A DNA stretch of 64,000 nt. Source: Nitrospinales bacterium (GTDB taxonomy: Bacteria > Nitrospinota > Nitrospinia > Nitrospinales > VA-1). Shown here piece after piece: positions 19,229 through 31,440 of this stretch. Position 1 is the first letter of the stretch. Each line of letters starts with the position of its first letter. The DNA lies in NCBI GenBank assembly GCA_965223345.1, contig CBDCWG010000012.1:3040001-3104000 (forward strand), read 5' to 3'. The notes under the pieces are model-generated. The model saw only the letters and a program-made list of their open reading frames with translations. It was not told the origin of the DNA and searched no databases. A program made the translations under genes and the position numbers.

Positions 19229-20527
19229 ATGACCGCGACCGCCCTGCGTGAGGCGCTGGACTTCCTGTACGGACTGGTTCCCAGCGGCATCAAACTCGGA
19301 CTGGAAAACACCCGGAACCTGCTGCGTCACTTCGGCGATCCGCACCTGAAGGCCAGAACGATTCACATCGCCGGCACCAACGGCAAAGGGTCCACCGCGG
19401 CGTTCACCGAATCGCTTCTGCGGGCCACCGGAAAGCGGACCGGGCTGTACACCTCCCCCCACCTGCTGCATTTCAACGAACGCATCCGCGTGAACGGCGT
19501 TCCCATTTCCGAATCCGATCTGGTGGAAGGGATCGCGCGCATCCGTGATGCGGTGGAAACGCACAAACTGCCGGTGACCTTTTTCGAGTGTGGCACGGTG
19601 CTGGCGTTTCTGCATTTTCTCGCGAACGAAACCGAATGGAACGTACTGGAAGTGGGGATGGGCGGCCGTCTCGACGCCACCAATCTGTGCGCCTCCGACG
19701 TTGCGATCATCACTTCGATCGGCCGCGACCACACGCAGCATCTCGGCGAAGACCTAAAACAGATCGCTTACGAAAAGGCCGGCATCATCAAACCGAACAG
19801 CACGGTGTTCGCGCACGTCGAGAACGAAGCGGCCTTCGGCGTGATCCGGGATGTCGCGCATGAACGGCGTGCGGCGCTCAAGCGCTTCGGCGAGGATTTC
19901 CACGCCCGCGCCCGTTCACCCGTCTCAAACACGCCCTCGTTCGACTTTTCATATGGAGAGTTTCACTATAAGGATTTGACGGTCCCGCTTTTGGGCGCAC
20001 ATCAGGTGAGCAACGCCTCGCTGGCGCTGGCCGCCTGTCTGCATGTCCTCGGCACAAACGGTGGGTTGAATGAAGAAACTCTCCGCCGCGGTCTGGCATC
20101 GACGCAATGGCAGGGGCGCATGGAAATTGTGCGCGAAAACCCGACGGTCCTGCTCGATTGCGCGCACAATCCGGACGGCGCCCGCAAACTGGTCGCAACG
20201 CTGCGCAACGGATTCCGCTATTCACGCTGTCTGCTGGTGCTCGGGCTGATGCGCGACAAGCCCCATGCGGAGATGCTCGATATTCTGTCGCCGATCGCGG
20301 ATCATTTGATCCTGGTGCGGCCTTCGCAGGAGCGAAGCGCCGATCCTAAAGACATCCGAAACCTTCTGAAAAACTGGCAAAAACCCATTGATATTGAAGA
20401 ACAAATTCCCTATGCTTTGGAAATTGCCCGGAAAATCGCAATGCCGAACGATCTCATTTGCGTGACGGGTTCCATCTTCACTGTATCGGAAGCCAAAACG
20501 TTCTTTGCCGATGAAGCGTCTCTTTAA
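19229..20527 (+). CDS. folC: Folylpolyglutamate synthase/dihydrofolate synthase
   Basis: HIAGTNGKGST, YTSPHL, EVGMGGRLDATN, LDCAHN. Confidence 0.97.
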   Translation: MTATALREALDFLYGLVPSGIKLGLENTRNLLRHFGDPHLKARTIHIAGTNGKGSTAAFTESLLRATGKRTGLYTSPHLLHFNERIRVNGVPISESDLVEGIARIRDAVETHKLPVTFFECGTVLAFLHFLANETEWNVLEVGMGGRLDATNLCASDVAIITSIGRDHTQHLGEDLKQIAYEKAGIIKPNSTVFAHVENEAAFGVIRDVAHERRAALKRFGEDFHARARSPVSNTPSFDFSYGEFHYKDLTVPLLGAHQVSNASLALAACLHVLGTNGGLNEETLRRGLASTQWQGRMEIVRENPTVLLDCAHNPDGARKLVATLRNGFRYSRCLLVLGLMRDKPHAEMLDILSPIADHLILVRPSQERSADPKDIRNLLKNWQKPIDIEEQIPYALEIARKIAMPNDLICVTGSIFTVSEAKTFFADEASL

Positions 20528-22736
20528 CCTCGCAATCGTCCTGCTGGGCCTTTTAGCCTTTGCGGTCCCGGTCTTTTGTCAGGAACGTCCCTCTCCCCCT
20601 CCCCCTCCTTCAAACCAGCAACCCGTCGATGTCACCGCGGAGCACGTGGTGCAGGATGGCGAGAAGGACATCGTGCGCGCCTGGGGCAATGTGGTGGTGC
20701 GGTTCGGCGACCGGACCCTGCGCGCCGACAAAGTGCAGATCGACAACAAATCCGGAATGGGCGAGGCAGTCGGCAACGTGGTGGTGACGCAGAGCGACGG
20801 CACCGAAGTCCATTCCGAGCGCAGCCGGTTCAACACCAAAAGCCACAAAGGCAAGGCCTATGGCGTGAACGGAAGGATCGCGCAGATCTACCGTGTCAAA
20901 GGCAAAGAAGCGATGCGGATGTCCCCGACACACTACAAGTTCAAGGATTCTTCTTTGACCACCTGTTCGGGCAAGCTGCCGAAGTGGTCTTTCAGCAGCA
21001 GCAAGCTGGATCTCGTTGTGGGTGACCGGGCGCTGTTTACAGGCGGGGTGTTCCGGGTGCTGGATTTTCCTATCATGTACCTGCCCATCGGTTATCTGCC
21101 GATCAACCGCGAACGCAAGAGCGGCTTTCTCATCCCCAAGTTCGGGCTCAGCAACACCGACGGGTTCACCTTCAAACCGATCTACTTCTGGGCGATCAAC
21201 CGCTGGTCGGACGCCACGGTCGCGGTGGAGTACCTGGAAAAACGCGGGGTGCGGCCCGAGCTGGAATACCGCTACATCCCGAGCCGCCACACGTACGGCG
21301 AGTTCAACGGCACCTTTCTGGACGACCGGATCACAGGCGGGCAGTTCTGGAAAATCGACTGGAAGCACGAACAAAGGCGGCTGCCACTGGGTTTCAAATT
21401 CAAGGGCAAGCTGGATCTGGAAAGCGATTCGAGTTTCAACAAAACCTTTGAAGACAACACGGACCTGCGCACCCGGCGCAATTCGGACTCGTTCGCTTCG
21501 CTCAACCGCAGCTGGAGCAACAGCACGCTCGATGTACTGACGCGCTACCGCGACAGCACGCAGGACGACCGCGACGATCTGTTCGCGCAACTGCCTCAGG
21601 TGACGTTCAAAACCCAGCGCCGGCCGGTCGGCGGCAGCAATTTTTATTTCAGCCAGGACGCAACGTTCACCTCGTTTTTGATCGACCTCAACACCAGCCC
21701 GATCAACGACGACAATTTTTCCGTGCAGCGGTTCGATTTTCATCCGCAGGTTTCCCGCCCCATCTCAATCGCGCCCTGGCTTTCCCTGACCCCCACGATC
21801 GGCTGGCGGGAAACGATCTACAGCAAGGGCCTCAGAACCGGCAACGAACGCACCTCGAGCTTCACCCGGGAACTGTTCGATGTCGCCGCCGCCCTGGAAG
21901 GGCCCAAAATCAACAAGGTGTATGAGAATGGCAGCTCATCCCGCACCAAGATCAAGCATGTGATCGAACCGCGGCTGGTGTACAGCTACATTCCGGCCAT
22001 CGACCTGGACGACCGCCGCAAGATCCGCAATATCGATACCATCGACGACATCGACTCGCAAAGCCGTTTCACCTATTCGTTGACCCAGCGGCTTTTGCGG
22101 AAAGACATCTTCAGCGAGGATGAATTCGGGATCCGGGAAATCATGCGGTTTGAAATCAGCCACAGTTATGATATTGGTGAAGCCACGCGGGACCCGCGGC
22201 CAGGAACCGAACTCAAGCCATTCTCGGACATCCGTGTAGATTTCGACAGCCATGTGTTCGAACCGCTTCTGCTCAATTTCGACAGCACGTTCGACGTGGA
22301 GGACGGGACGTTCAACACGTTCAACTTCGAGTTCGGCATCAAGCCCTGGCACAACGTCACGTTTTTCGTGGAGCGGCGGTTTTCCCGCAACACCGTGCAG
22401 CGCCTGATCAGCAACAACGTGCTGAATGAGGTCAACACCGACCGGACCCAGTTTCTCACCGGTTCTCTGTACTGGGCTTTCGCGAAAGGCTGGCAAGCGC
22501 AGGCGACCACGCGTTACGACGAGTTGCGCAAGACGTTCCGCGAGAACGATTTCAGCATTTCCTATGACGACCTGTGCGATTGCTGGGGGTTTTCGTTCGA
22601 TCTGATCCAGCGCAATATCATTTCCGGCGGCGTGGACCAGAACGAGACCAAATTTCTGCTGACCTTCACACTGCGGGGAATCGGCACGGAACGGTTCGGC
22701 GAGCGGGGCATCCAGCACATTCACCGCCGGTTTTAA
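20511..22736 (+). CDS. lptD: LPS-assembly protein LptD
   Basis: Signal peptide, OstA-like N-domain, TTC, RKSGFLIP, KHVIEP, beta-barrel C-terminus. Confidence 0.9.
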   Translation: MKRLFNLAIVLLGLLAFAVPVFCQERPSPPPPPSNQQPVDVTAEHVVQDGEKDIVRAWGNVVVRFGDRTLRADKVQIDNKSGMGEAVGNVVVTQSDGTEVHSERSRFNTKSHKGKAYGVNGRIAQIYRVKGKEAMRMSPTHYKFKDSSLTTCSGKLPKWSFSSSKLDLVVGDRALFTGGVFRVLDFPIMYLPIGYLPINRERKSGFLIPKFGLSNTDGFTFKPIYFWAINRWSDATVAVEYLEKRGVRPELEYRYIPSRHTYGEFNGTFLDDRITGGQFWKIDWKHEQRRLPLGFKFKGKLDLESDSSFNKTFEDNTDLRTRRNSDSFASLNRSWSNSTLDVLTRYRDSTQDDRDDLFAQLPQVTFKTQRRPVGGSNFYFSQDATFTSFLIDLNTSPINDDNFSVQRFDFHPQVSRPISIAPWLSLTPTIGWRETIYSKGLRTGNERTSSFTRELFDVAAALEGPKINKVYENGSSSRTKIKHVIEPRLVYSYIPAIDLDDRRKIRNIDTIDDIDSQSRFTYSLTQRLLRKDIFSEDEFGIREIMRFEISHSYDIGEATRDPRPGTELKPFSDIRVDFDSHVFEPLLLNFDSTFDVEDGTFNTFNFEFGIKPWHNVTFFVERRFSRNTVQRLISNNVLNEVNTDRTQFLTGSLYWAFAKGWQAQATTRYDELRKTFRENDFSISYDDLCDCWGFSFDLIQRNIISGGVDQNETKFLLTFTLRGIGTERFGERGIQHIHRRF

Positions 22737-22746
22737 CTTTCATTCG

Positions 22747-23415
22747 ATGAGGACCCTTGTGACGCTCAACCGCGAACTCGCCCGCATCGCCGTCGATATC
22801 GGGGCCATCAAGATCAACACGGACGATCCGTTCACCTGGGCGTCGGGATACCGGATGCCGGTGTACAACGACAACCGCCTGCTGCTGGGGAATGCGGATC
22901 ACCGGGCCAGTGTGGTGGAAGGATTCGCAGCGATCCTCAAGGAAAACTCCCTGCCTGTGGACGTGGTTGCGGGCACGGCGACCGCAGGCATCGCCCCGGC
23001 CACCGGACTCGCCAACCGGTTGCGAACCCCCTTGATCTATATCCGGCCCTCGGCGAAAGAGCACGGCATGAAAAACCGCATCGAGGGCATTCTCGAACCG
23101 GATCAGCAGGTGGTGCTGGTGGAGGATCTGGTCTCCACCGGTGGCAGCGCCCTGCAGGCGGTCGAGGCCATCCGGCAGGCCGGCGGGCGGGTGTCTTTGT
23201 GCCTGGCCATTTTCGATTACGGTTTCGCCGCAGCGAAAGACGGGTTTGCGAAAGCGCAATGCGAACTGCGGTCGTTGCTGAGCTTCGAGGATATCCTCTA
23301 TCACATGGAAAATGCAGGCGTTGTGACGCCGGACGCGCTGGAAAACCTGCGTCAGTGGTACCGGTCCCCCTTCAACTGGGGTGAAACGCGCGGATTTCCG
23401 CGCAAAACGGCCTGA
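22747..23415 (+). CDS. pyrE: Orotate phosphoribosyltransferase
   Basis: FTWASG, YNDNR, KEHG, VEDLVSTGGS. Confidence 0.96.
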   Translation: MRTLVTLNRELARIAVDIGAIKINTDDPFTWASGYRMPVYNDNRLLLGNADHRASVVEGFAAILKENSLPVDVVAGTATAGIAPATGLANRLRTPLIYIRPSAKEHGMKNRIEGILEPDQQVVLVEDLVSTGGSALQAVEAIRQAGGRVSLCLAIFDYGFAAAKDGFAKAQCELRSLLSFEDILYHMENAGVVTPDALENLRQWYRSPFNWGETRGFPRKTA

Positions 23416-23481
23416 CCCGTCTCCTCCGGATTTCCCGAACCGGCAATTTCGCCGTCGCCCTTCAAAAATCAGCAATTCGGA

Positions 23482-23510
23482 TTGACTCTTCAGGTGTTTG
23501 ATATTATTAT
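23482..23510 (+). promoter_or_regulatory. Sigma70-like promoter
   Basis: TTGACT-17bp-TATTAT. Confidence 0.6.
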
Positions 23511-23634
23511 GTGCGATTCTTGAATGTCAATTATCCAACCATTCGCCACCCGGGCTTGGCAACTCAGGAAAACCACCCGGTTTCGGGCGATAGATATTAA
23601 GAATCCGTTTTGACTGAATGGAGGTTTTATCAGG

Positions 23635-24354
23635 ATGGGCAAATTACAGGTGGGTCCTATCGGCTTGCTTCCCCCTTCGGCGGCTATGCAAGGAATTTTT
23701 CAACCCGAAAAAGGGTCCGGTTACGAACTGGTTGAGGGTGAGCACGTTCCGACGGAAGAGGCCATCAAAAAGGCGGCCCGGGAAATTCTGACCCGGCGCA
23801 ACCCCACTCTGTTTCCGGGGCCGATGATCGTCTGGGGATGGAACAAGGAAACCATCCACAAGGCGGAAGTGGCGAGGAAGCTGGTGGACGAGGTACCGGG
23901 CATGAACATCATTCCGATGCCGGATTACCGCCCGATTTATCCCAAAATCGACCCGGAAGCGGTGATCAACCCCTGTCATCCCAATCTGACGATCCAGCAT
24001 AACAAGATCGAAACCTGCATCTTGATCGGGGTGCATTGCCACTTCGCCAATATCACCCTGAAAATGATCCGCGCCAACACCAACTGTTACACGATGGCCT
24101 TCTGCGCCTACGATGGGCACGAAGACGCCCTGATCTCCATTCGCGATCTCGACACGGCCAAGCTGGAAATGACCATTCAGGCGATCAAGGACGCGAAGAA
24201 AGAAGGCGTGGAACCCTGGGCGTACACGAAAGAAGGCAAGGAAGAACTCGAGGAGATCCAGGAACGCAAAGCAAAACAGGCCGAGCTGACCAAGGACAAC
24301 GTGGATCTGTTCATGGCCGACCTCGAGCAGGGCCTGGACGAAAACGCGGAATAA
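23635..24354 (+). CDS. Delta subunit of five-subunit pyruvate/2-oxoglutarate:ferredoxin oxidoreductase (PorD/ForD-like; CODH beta-subunit family)
   Basis: NPTLFPGP, IIPMPDYRP, INPCHPNLTI, IGVHCHFAN, GHEDA as in Aquificota/Nitrospira/Nitrospina enzymes. Confidence 0.8.
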   Translation: MGKLQVGPIGLLPPSAAMQGIFQPEKGSGYELVEGEHVPTEEAIKKAAREILTRRNPTLFPGPMIVWGWNKETIHKAEVARKLVDEVPGMNIIPMPDYRPIYPKIDPEAVINPCHPNLTIQHNKIETCILIGVHCHFANITLKMIRANTNCYTMAFCAYDGHEDALISIRDLDTAKLEMTIQAIKDAKKEGVEPWAYTKEGKEELEEIQERKAKQAELTKDNVDLFMADLEQGLDENAE

Positions 24355-24410
24355 CACTTTAGTTTCGAATATTTAGCCGCTCTTCCCTAAGTGACTGCGT
24401 CGATCTTTTA

Positions 24411-24447
24411 AAAGGGACGCTCCGTTTTCCGGAGCGTCCCTTTTTTT
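24411..24447 (+). terminator. Intrinsic terminator
   Basis: GGGACGCTCCG/CGGAGCGTCCC stem + T7. Confidence 0.85.
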
Positions 24448-24691
24448 GTCCCCTCCCCCCAAACCCTTATAAAACCGGCGTCTGATCGACCACGCCGCGT
24501 CCGGCACACGCCATTTTCCGCGCCCTTGATTTTTACATTGAATATAAATGATATATGGATTAGTCTGTATATATCATTGAAAACAATACGCGTATCTGAC
24601 CCGCGGGCAGCACAGCCGCCCCAGGGTGTGGAACCCTTTTCAACCCAAGGACGGAAATCCGTCCCACACGTAATTATTCCAGGAGGTTTTT

Positions 24692-25063
24692 GTGCGTGCT
24701 CTGGTGATTGACGATTCAAAAGCCATCCGGCTCATCCTCGGGAAAATCCTGCAGGATATCGGCTTCGAAGTGACTGGAGCGGCCAACGGGCTTGAAGGTC
24801 TCAAGGAGTTGAAAGCCGCCGACAAGATGGATCTGGCGCTGGTCGATTGGAACATGCCTGAGATGAATGGCTACGAATTCATCCAGGAGGTCCGCAAAGA
24901 CCAGTCGTATAACGATCTGCCTCTCATGATGGTGACGACGGAAACGGAGATGTCCCAGGTGGTGAAAGCGCTGGAAGCCGGCGCGAACGAATACGTGATG
25001 AAGCCGTTCACCAAGGAAATGATCCTTGAAAAGCTTTCCATGATCGGCATCGCGATTTCGTGA
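24692..25063 (+). CDS. cheY: CheY-like response regulator
   Basis: VIDDS, VDWNMP, MVTTE, KPF; GGAGG RBS before GTG. Confidence 0.9.
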   Translation: MRALVIDDSKAIRLILGKILQDIGFEVTGAANGLEGLKELKAADKMDLALVDWNMPEMNGYEFIQEVRKDQSYNDLPLMMVTTETEMSQVVKALEAGANEYVMKPFTKEMILEKLSMIGIAIS

Positions 25064-25123
25064 CCCTCGCTCGCAACGCGTGCTTCATTTCCTGCGCGCT
25101 GCGGACGGCCGCAGCTTTGCAGG

Positions 25124-25960
25124 ATGTCTGACCGGGATGGCGGCGAAACGCTCATCCGCGAAACAAAAAAACCACTGGGAATGCCGGTGAACATGCTGAC
25201 CTTCAAAACGGAAAACGAATTCACAGCCAATACGCTCAAAGCGTTCACGGCCGGGGCTCAGGATTGCCTGACGAATCTGGAATCCCTTTTCTCCCCATCG
25301 AAGTCCGCAGCGGCGGACACGGCCGACAGTGAGAACGCACCGGCTTCGCACCGGGTGGACATCCTGGTCATCGCCGTCCCCAGCGGCGGCTCCGACGCCT
25401 TGTTCGAAATTCTGCCCCGGCTGGAACCCGATTTTCCGGTTCCCGTTCTGATCGTTCAACACCTGCCGCAGGAGTTCACCTCTCTTCTGGCGGCGCGGTT
25501 GAACGCGCAGTGCCGGATTGCCGTCACCGAAGCCCGATCGGGCGATACGCTGCATGCGGGCAAAGCCTGGCTGGCTCCCGGAGGCAGGCACTTGAGCCTG
25601 TGTTCGGACGGAGGACACATTCGCCTGGTCACGACATGGGATCCCCCGGAACATTCCTGCCGTCCGGCATCGGATGTTTTGTTCCGCTCGGCGGCAAAAT
25701 TTTACGGACGCCACACGCTGGCTCTGGTCCTCTCGGGAATGGGGCAGGACGGGATCGCCGGTTGCCATGAAATCCGCAACGCCGGTGGATCGATTCTGGT
25801 TCAGGTTGAATCGGCCGCAGCGGCTTCGGGATTCTCCGTAACCCCGGTTTCACCGCAACCGGAAGATCAGGGCGTGCCCCTGAACGCCATTGCCAATGTA
25901 ATCACACAGAGGGTCCGGGAAAAACGCAGCAACGCCCGATCCCCGATAACAGCCTCTTAG
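25124..25960 (+). CDS. cheB: CheB methylesterase-domain protein, degenerate, no receiver domain
   Basis: VQHLP, APGGRHL, RPASDVLF, SGMGQDG; GxSTGG altered to AVPSGG. Confidence 0.8.
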   Translation: MSDRDGGETLIRETKKPLGMPVNMLTFKTENEFTANTLKAFTAGAQDCLTNLESLFSPSKSAAADTADSENAPASHRVDILVIAVPSGGSDALFEILPRLEPDFPVPVLIVQHLPQEFTSLLAARLNAQCRIAVTEARSGDTLHAGKAWLAPGGRHLSLCSDGGHIRLVTTWDPPEHSCRPASDVLFRSAAKFYGRHTLALVLSGMGQDGIAGCHEIRNAGGSILVQVESAAAASGFSVTPVSPQPEDQGVPLNAIANVITQRVREKRSNARSPITAS

Positions 25961-25983
25961 AACCGCTGAAGAAAAGAGACACC

Positions 25984-26808
25984 ATGAGCATCAGTGCATC
26001 GGATTTCGACTATATCTGCAAGATGATCCGGGAAAACGCGGCCATCGTGCTGGGCCCCGGCAAAGAATATCTGGTGGAATCGCGGATGGCCTCCCTCATC
26101 CAGCAGGAGGGCATCGACTCCATCGAGGATCTCGTCAAGAAGCTGCGCACCAACCCGCAAAACGGGTTACAGACCCGTGTGGTCGAGGCGATGACGACCA
26201 ACGAGACCTCCTTCTTCCGCGACATCCATCCTTTCAACGTCCTCAAGGACCACGTTCTGCCGGAGCTGATCGAAAGGAACAAGGACACGCAGAAGCTGAA
26301 CATCTGGTGCGGCGCCAGTTCCAGCGGACAGGAACCGTACAGTCTGGCCATGCTGATGCGCCAGAATTTCCCCAAGATCGCCGACTGGAAGATCACCTTC
26401 ATCGCCAGCGACATTTCCCACGAAATGCTGGAACGCTGCCGCAACGGGGTCTACTCGCAACTGGAGATCAACCGCGGTCTTCCCGCTCCCATGATGGTCA
26501 AGTTTTTCGAGCGCAAGGGAACGGACTGGCAGATCAAGGAGGACCTGCGCAAGCTGGTGGACTTCAAGTTCGTCAACCTCTGCCAGGACTGGCCGTTCAT
26601 GCCTTCGATGGATCTGGTGATGATGCGCAATGTTTTGATCTACTTCGATGTGGAGATCAAAAAAGAAATTCTGGTGAAAGTGAAGAAGCTGCTGAAACCC
26701 GGCGGGTACCTGTTTCTGGGGGCGGCCGAAACCACGATCAATCTGGAAGAGTCCTTTGAACGCATGAATTTCAAACAATCGGGATGTTATCGAGTCAAAC
26801 AGGATTGA
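25984..26808 (+). CDS. cheR: Chemotaxis methyltransferase CheR
   Basis: TTNETSFFRD, SSGQEPYS, RNVLIYF. Confidence 0.96.
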   Translation: MSISASDFDYICKMIRENAAIVLGPGKEYLVESRMASLIQQEGIDSIEDLVKKLRTNPQNGLQTRVVEAMTTNETSFFRDIHPFNVLKDHVLPELIERNKDTQKLNIWCGASSSGQEPYSLAMLMRQNFPKIADWKITFIASDISHEMLERCRNGVYSQLEINRGLPAPMMVKFFERKGTDWQIKEDLRKLVDFKFVNLCQDWPFMPSMDLVMMRNVLIYFDVEIKKEILVKVKKLLKPGGYLFLGAAETTINLEESFERMNFKQSGCYRVKQD

Positions 26809-26811
26809 GCC

Positions 26812-27273
26812 ATGCAATTTTTAGAAAACGAAATCTGCGAATACACCGAATCTATCTGGAAATCGATCCTCGACCTTGAGGCGAAACCGGCTCAGGAGAG
26901 CTTTGAGTTTTCACAGGACAAGGATTCTCTGGCCGGCTGCGTCCAGATAACGGGATCCTGGGAGGGTTCGGTCGCCATCCACTGCCCCAACATACTGGCG
27001 CGGCAATGGGCGTCGATCATGTTCGACCTGAACGAGTCGGCGGCGGCCAAGGAGGAAATTCAGGATGCGTTGGGAGAGCTGACCAACATGACGGGGGGCA
27101 ACATCAAGTCTCTGCTGCCGGAACCCTGCTACCTTTCGATTCCCGCCGTGGCCTACACGGACAGCGCCCTGCGGTTTCCGGGCAGCGAGCTGGTCACTCA
27201 GGTAACCTTCGAATGCAACAGCAATTTTTTTCTGGTTTCATTATTGAAAAAGGTGGAAGAGCTGAAAAGCTGA
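26812..27273 (+). CDS. cheX: CheX family phosphatase
   Basis: DALGELTNMTGGNIK (ExxN). Confidence 0.88.
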   Translation: MQFLENEICEYTESIWKSILDLEAKPAQESFEFSQDKDSLAGCVQITGSWEGSVAIHCPNILARQWASIMFDLNESAAAKEEIQDALGELTNMTGGNIKSLLPEPCYLSIPAVAYTDSALRFPGSELVTQVTFECNSNFFLVSLLKKVEELKS

Positions 27274-27305
27274 TTCACCGGCCTCGAAACGTGGAGAAAA
27301 CGATC

Positions 27306-27791
27306 ATGCGGGATTACAGTCAGGAAGTTCGGGAATACGCCGAAATCATCTGGTCCACTCAGTTTGTCATGCCTGTGAAACCGGGAACGCAGTTACCGCC
27401 CGATCATGCCAAGGATCTCGCGCAGGGCATCGTGCAGATCAGCGGCGCGACGGTGGCCAGTGTCGTCCTGAAAATGGAGCCGGGACTGACGGAGCGCCTC
27501 ACCGAGAAGATGTTCGCGATCGAGCCGGGGAAGGCCACGCAGGATGAGAAATGCGACGCGGTATCCGAACTCACCAACCAGATCGGCGGCAACATCAAAT
27601 CGATCGTCGCCCAACCCAGCAACCTTGCGGTTCCGGTGGTGATTCTCGACGGCAAAACGCCGGAATTCCCCAATTCCAAAACCATCACCGATGTGGGCTT
27701 CGAATGCGAAGACGGCAGGTTCTGGGTATCCATCCTTGTGCCGCAAGACATGCCCAAAGCCGAGAACACACCGGCTGCATCGGCGTCCTGA
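27306..27791 (+). CDS. cheX: Second CheX family phosphatase
   Basis: DAVSELTNQIGGNIK; GGAG upstream of ATG 27306. Confidence 0.85.
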   Translation: MRDYSQEVREYAEIIWSTQFVMPVKPGTQLPPDHAKDLAQGIVQISGATVASVVLKMEPGLTERLTEKMFAIEPGKATQDEKCDAVSELTNQIGGNIKSIVAQPSNLAVPVVILDGKTPEFPNSKTITDVGFECEDGRFWVSILVPQDMPKAENTPAASAS

Positions 27792-27923
27792 AGACCTCAA
27801 AGGGCGTTCACACTCTCTTAAATTTCACAGGTGTTGCGGTCCTCGAACCGGATTGTCCGCGCTTAAGCGGATTGTCCGGGGACCGGATCGGCAGGTTGGA
27901 TCGTTCGGTTGAACCGGTGCGGT

Positions 27924-28316
27924 TCAGGCGCGTTTTTTCAGGCCCAGATGCTGGTGGATTTCCTCTTCCACCTGATCGTGTTCGGCGTGGGAATTGTGCA
28001 GGACCAGGTTCTGCAGGTAATCGTAGCTGTCCAGGTCGATTTCGGTGAACTGAATGCCGATGCCCGAGTTGGCGGCGCGCATGATCCGTCCCTTGACGTC
28101 GATGCGGATCGGCTGATCCGTCCCCTCCAGAAACAGCGTCACATCGCAGACGGAACCCACAGGCAGGGTCTCCTCGCTCATCAGGTAAATCCCCTTCATA
28201 CTCAGATCCTTGGTCTGATCGGTCGCGATGGTCTTGGAACCGCAACGGATCTCGACATTCAGATGGATGGGAACGCGTGTGAATTCCCGGGCATTCTGGG
28301 TTTGATTGGTCGGCAT
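27924..28316 (-). CDS. PilZ domain protein
   Basis: REFTR and DLSMKG motifs. Confidence 0.88.
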   Translation of the reverse strand: MPTNQTQNAREFTRVPIHLNVEIRCGSKTIATDQTKDLSMKGIYLMSEETLPVGSVCDVTLFLEGTDQPIRIDVKGRIMRAANSGIGIQFTEIDLDSYDYLQNLVLHNSHAEHDQVEEEIHQHLGLKKRA

Positions 28317-28589
28317 GGTGGTCCTCTTTTTTAGGTTCCTTCTTCATATTATAATGGAAAATTTAAGTAAACTAAAGGGGAAACCACTGCAAAATACCCA
28401 TTAAAATACTGTTTTTCATAGAATTACACTTCCCCCGCCGCCTCCCCGGTTCTTTTCCCGCATTTTTTGCAATTAAAACAAGCCCCGGCTTGACATGGGC
28501 CCGGTGGGGTCTTATTTGACCAAGCAGGACATGGATAATGCGCAAAAGATCGTAAATGAACGACTTATAAATAGAAAGGATCGAATCTC

Positions 28590-30518
<1,929 letters not shown>

Positions 30519-30629
30519 GTTTGACGGCACGCATTCGGGTGCCGATACTGCAAGGGGGCTCCGCTCTGGAGCCCCCGTTGTTGTTTTACCAGCGCCGGTC
30601 TCCATTCCGGCCAAACCGACGGCATTGTT

Positions 30630-31232
30630 ATGAGTGAAGAGAAGAAAAACCCGGCCAAACCTAAAATTTCGGTGGTGGACCGGCGCCACTGGGTGGAGGC
30701 GGGTCCGGACAGCGACGCGGACGCCGCGGACAACGTGGAGGAGCGGCTGCCGAACTATGTGGAGCAGCTGCGCCAGGAGGCCGAGGAAAAAGACAAGCGC
30801 CTGCGCGAGTACATCGCCGCCTACAAGGAAAAGAGCGCGGAGAACGACGACTTCCGAGCGCGTCTGGCGCGTGACAACGACAACCGGCTGGAACAGTTCA
30901 AGGCCAACCTGTTCTCGCGGCTGGTGCCCATCCTGGACAATCTCAAGCGCGCCGCCGACGCCGCCACGCACAGCGGCGATTTCGACAGCCTGAAGCAGGG
31001 CATCGAGATGGTGGTGCAGCAGTATGCGCGCGAACTGGAAGACAACGGCGTGCAGGCGATCGCCGCCCAGGGCGAAAAATTCGACCCCAAGCTCCACGAA
31101 GCGTTTCTCACCGTGGACACGCAGGACGCCGCGCAGGACAACCGCGTGATCGAAGAGCTGGAACCGGGCTATCTGTTCAAGGACAAGCTGATCAAAGCGG
31201 CAAAAGTGAAGGTGGCGCGCCTGAAGTCATGA
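30630..31232 (+). CDS. grpE: Nucleotide exchange factor GrpE
   Basis: LVPILDNLKRA, FDPKLHEA, GY...AKVKV. Confidence 0.95.
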   Translation: MSEEKKNPAKPKISVVDRRHWVEAGPDSDADAADNVEERLPNYVEQLRQEAEEKDKRLREYIAAYKEKSAENDDFRARLARDNDNRLEQFKANLFSRLVPILDNLKRAADAATHSGDFDSLKQGIEMVVQQYARELEDNGVQAIAAQGEKFDPKLHEAFLTVDTQDAAQDNRVIEELEPGYLFKDKLIKAAKVKVARLKS

Positions 31233-31440
31233 CACATTTCGCATCCGCTGCAAACAATTTTGCGGTCTTCCTTCCCTTCTCACTCCGAACTGATTACAAT
31301 ACCGCGACGTGCCGCCGCCCGCCCCAGGGCAAAGACACGGTATGCGGCGGGTTTGGTGGAACGACAACGAACCGCAACCCCTTTTGCCGCGCGGGAAGCA
31401 ATCCGCATCGCCCAAGACATCGATCGATATAAAGGACCCC

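Noticed and set aside
27006..27305. N-terminal extension of the second cheX
   Set aside because: Overlaps the first cheX in another frame; RBS and ATG at 27306
28320..28589. CIRCE element upstream of dnaK
   Set aside because: No TTAGCACTC-N9-GAGTGCTAA match seen
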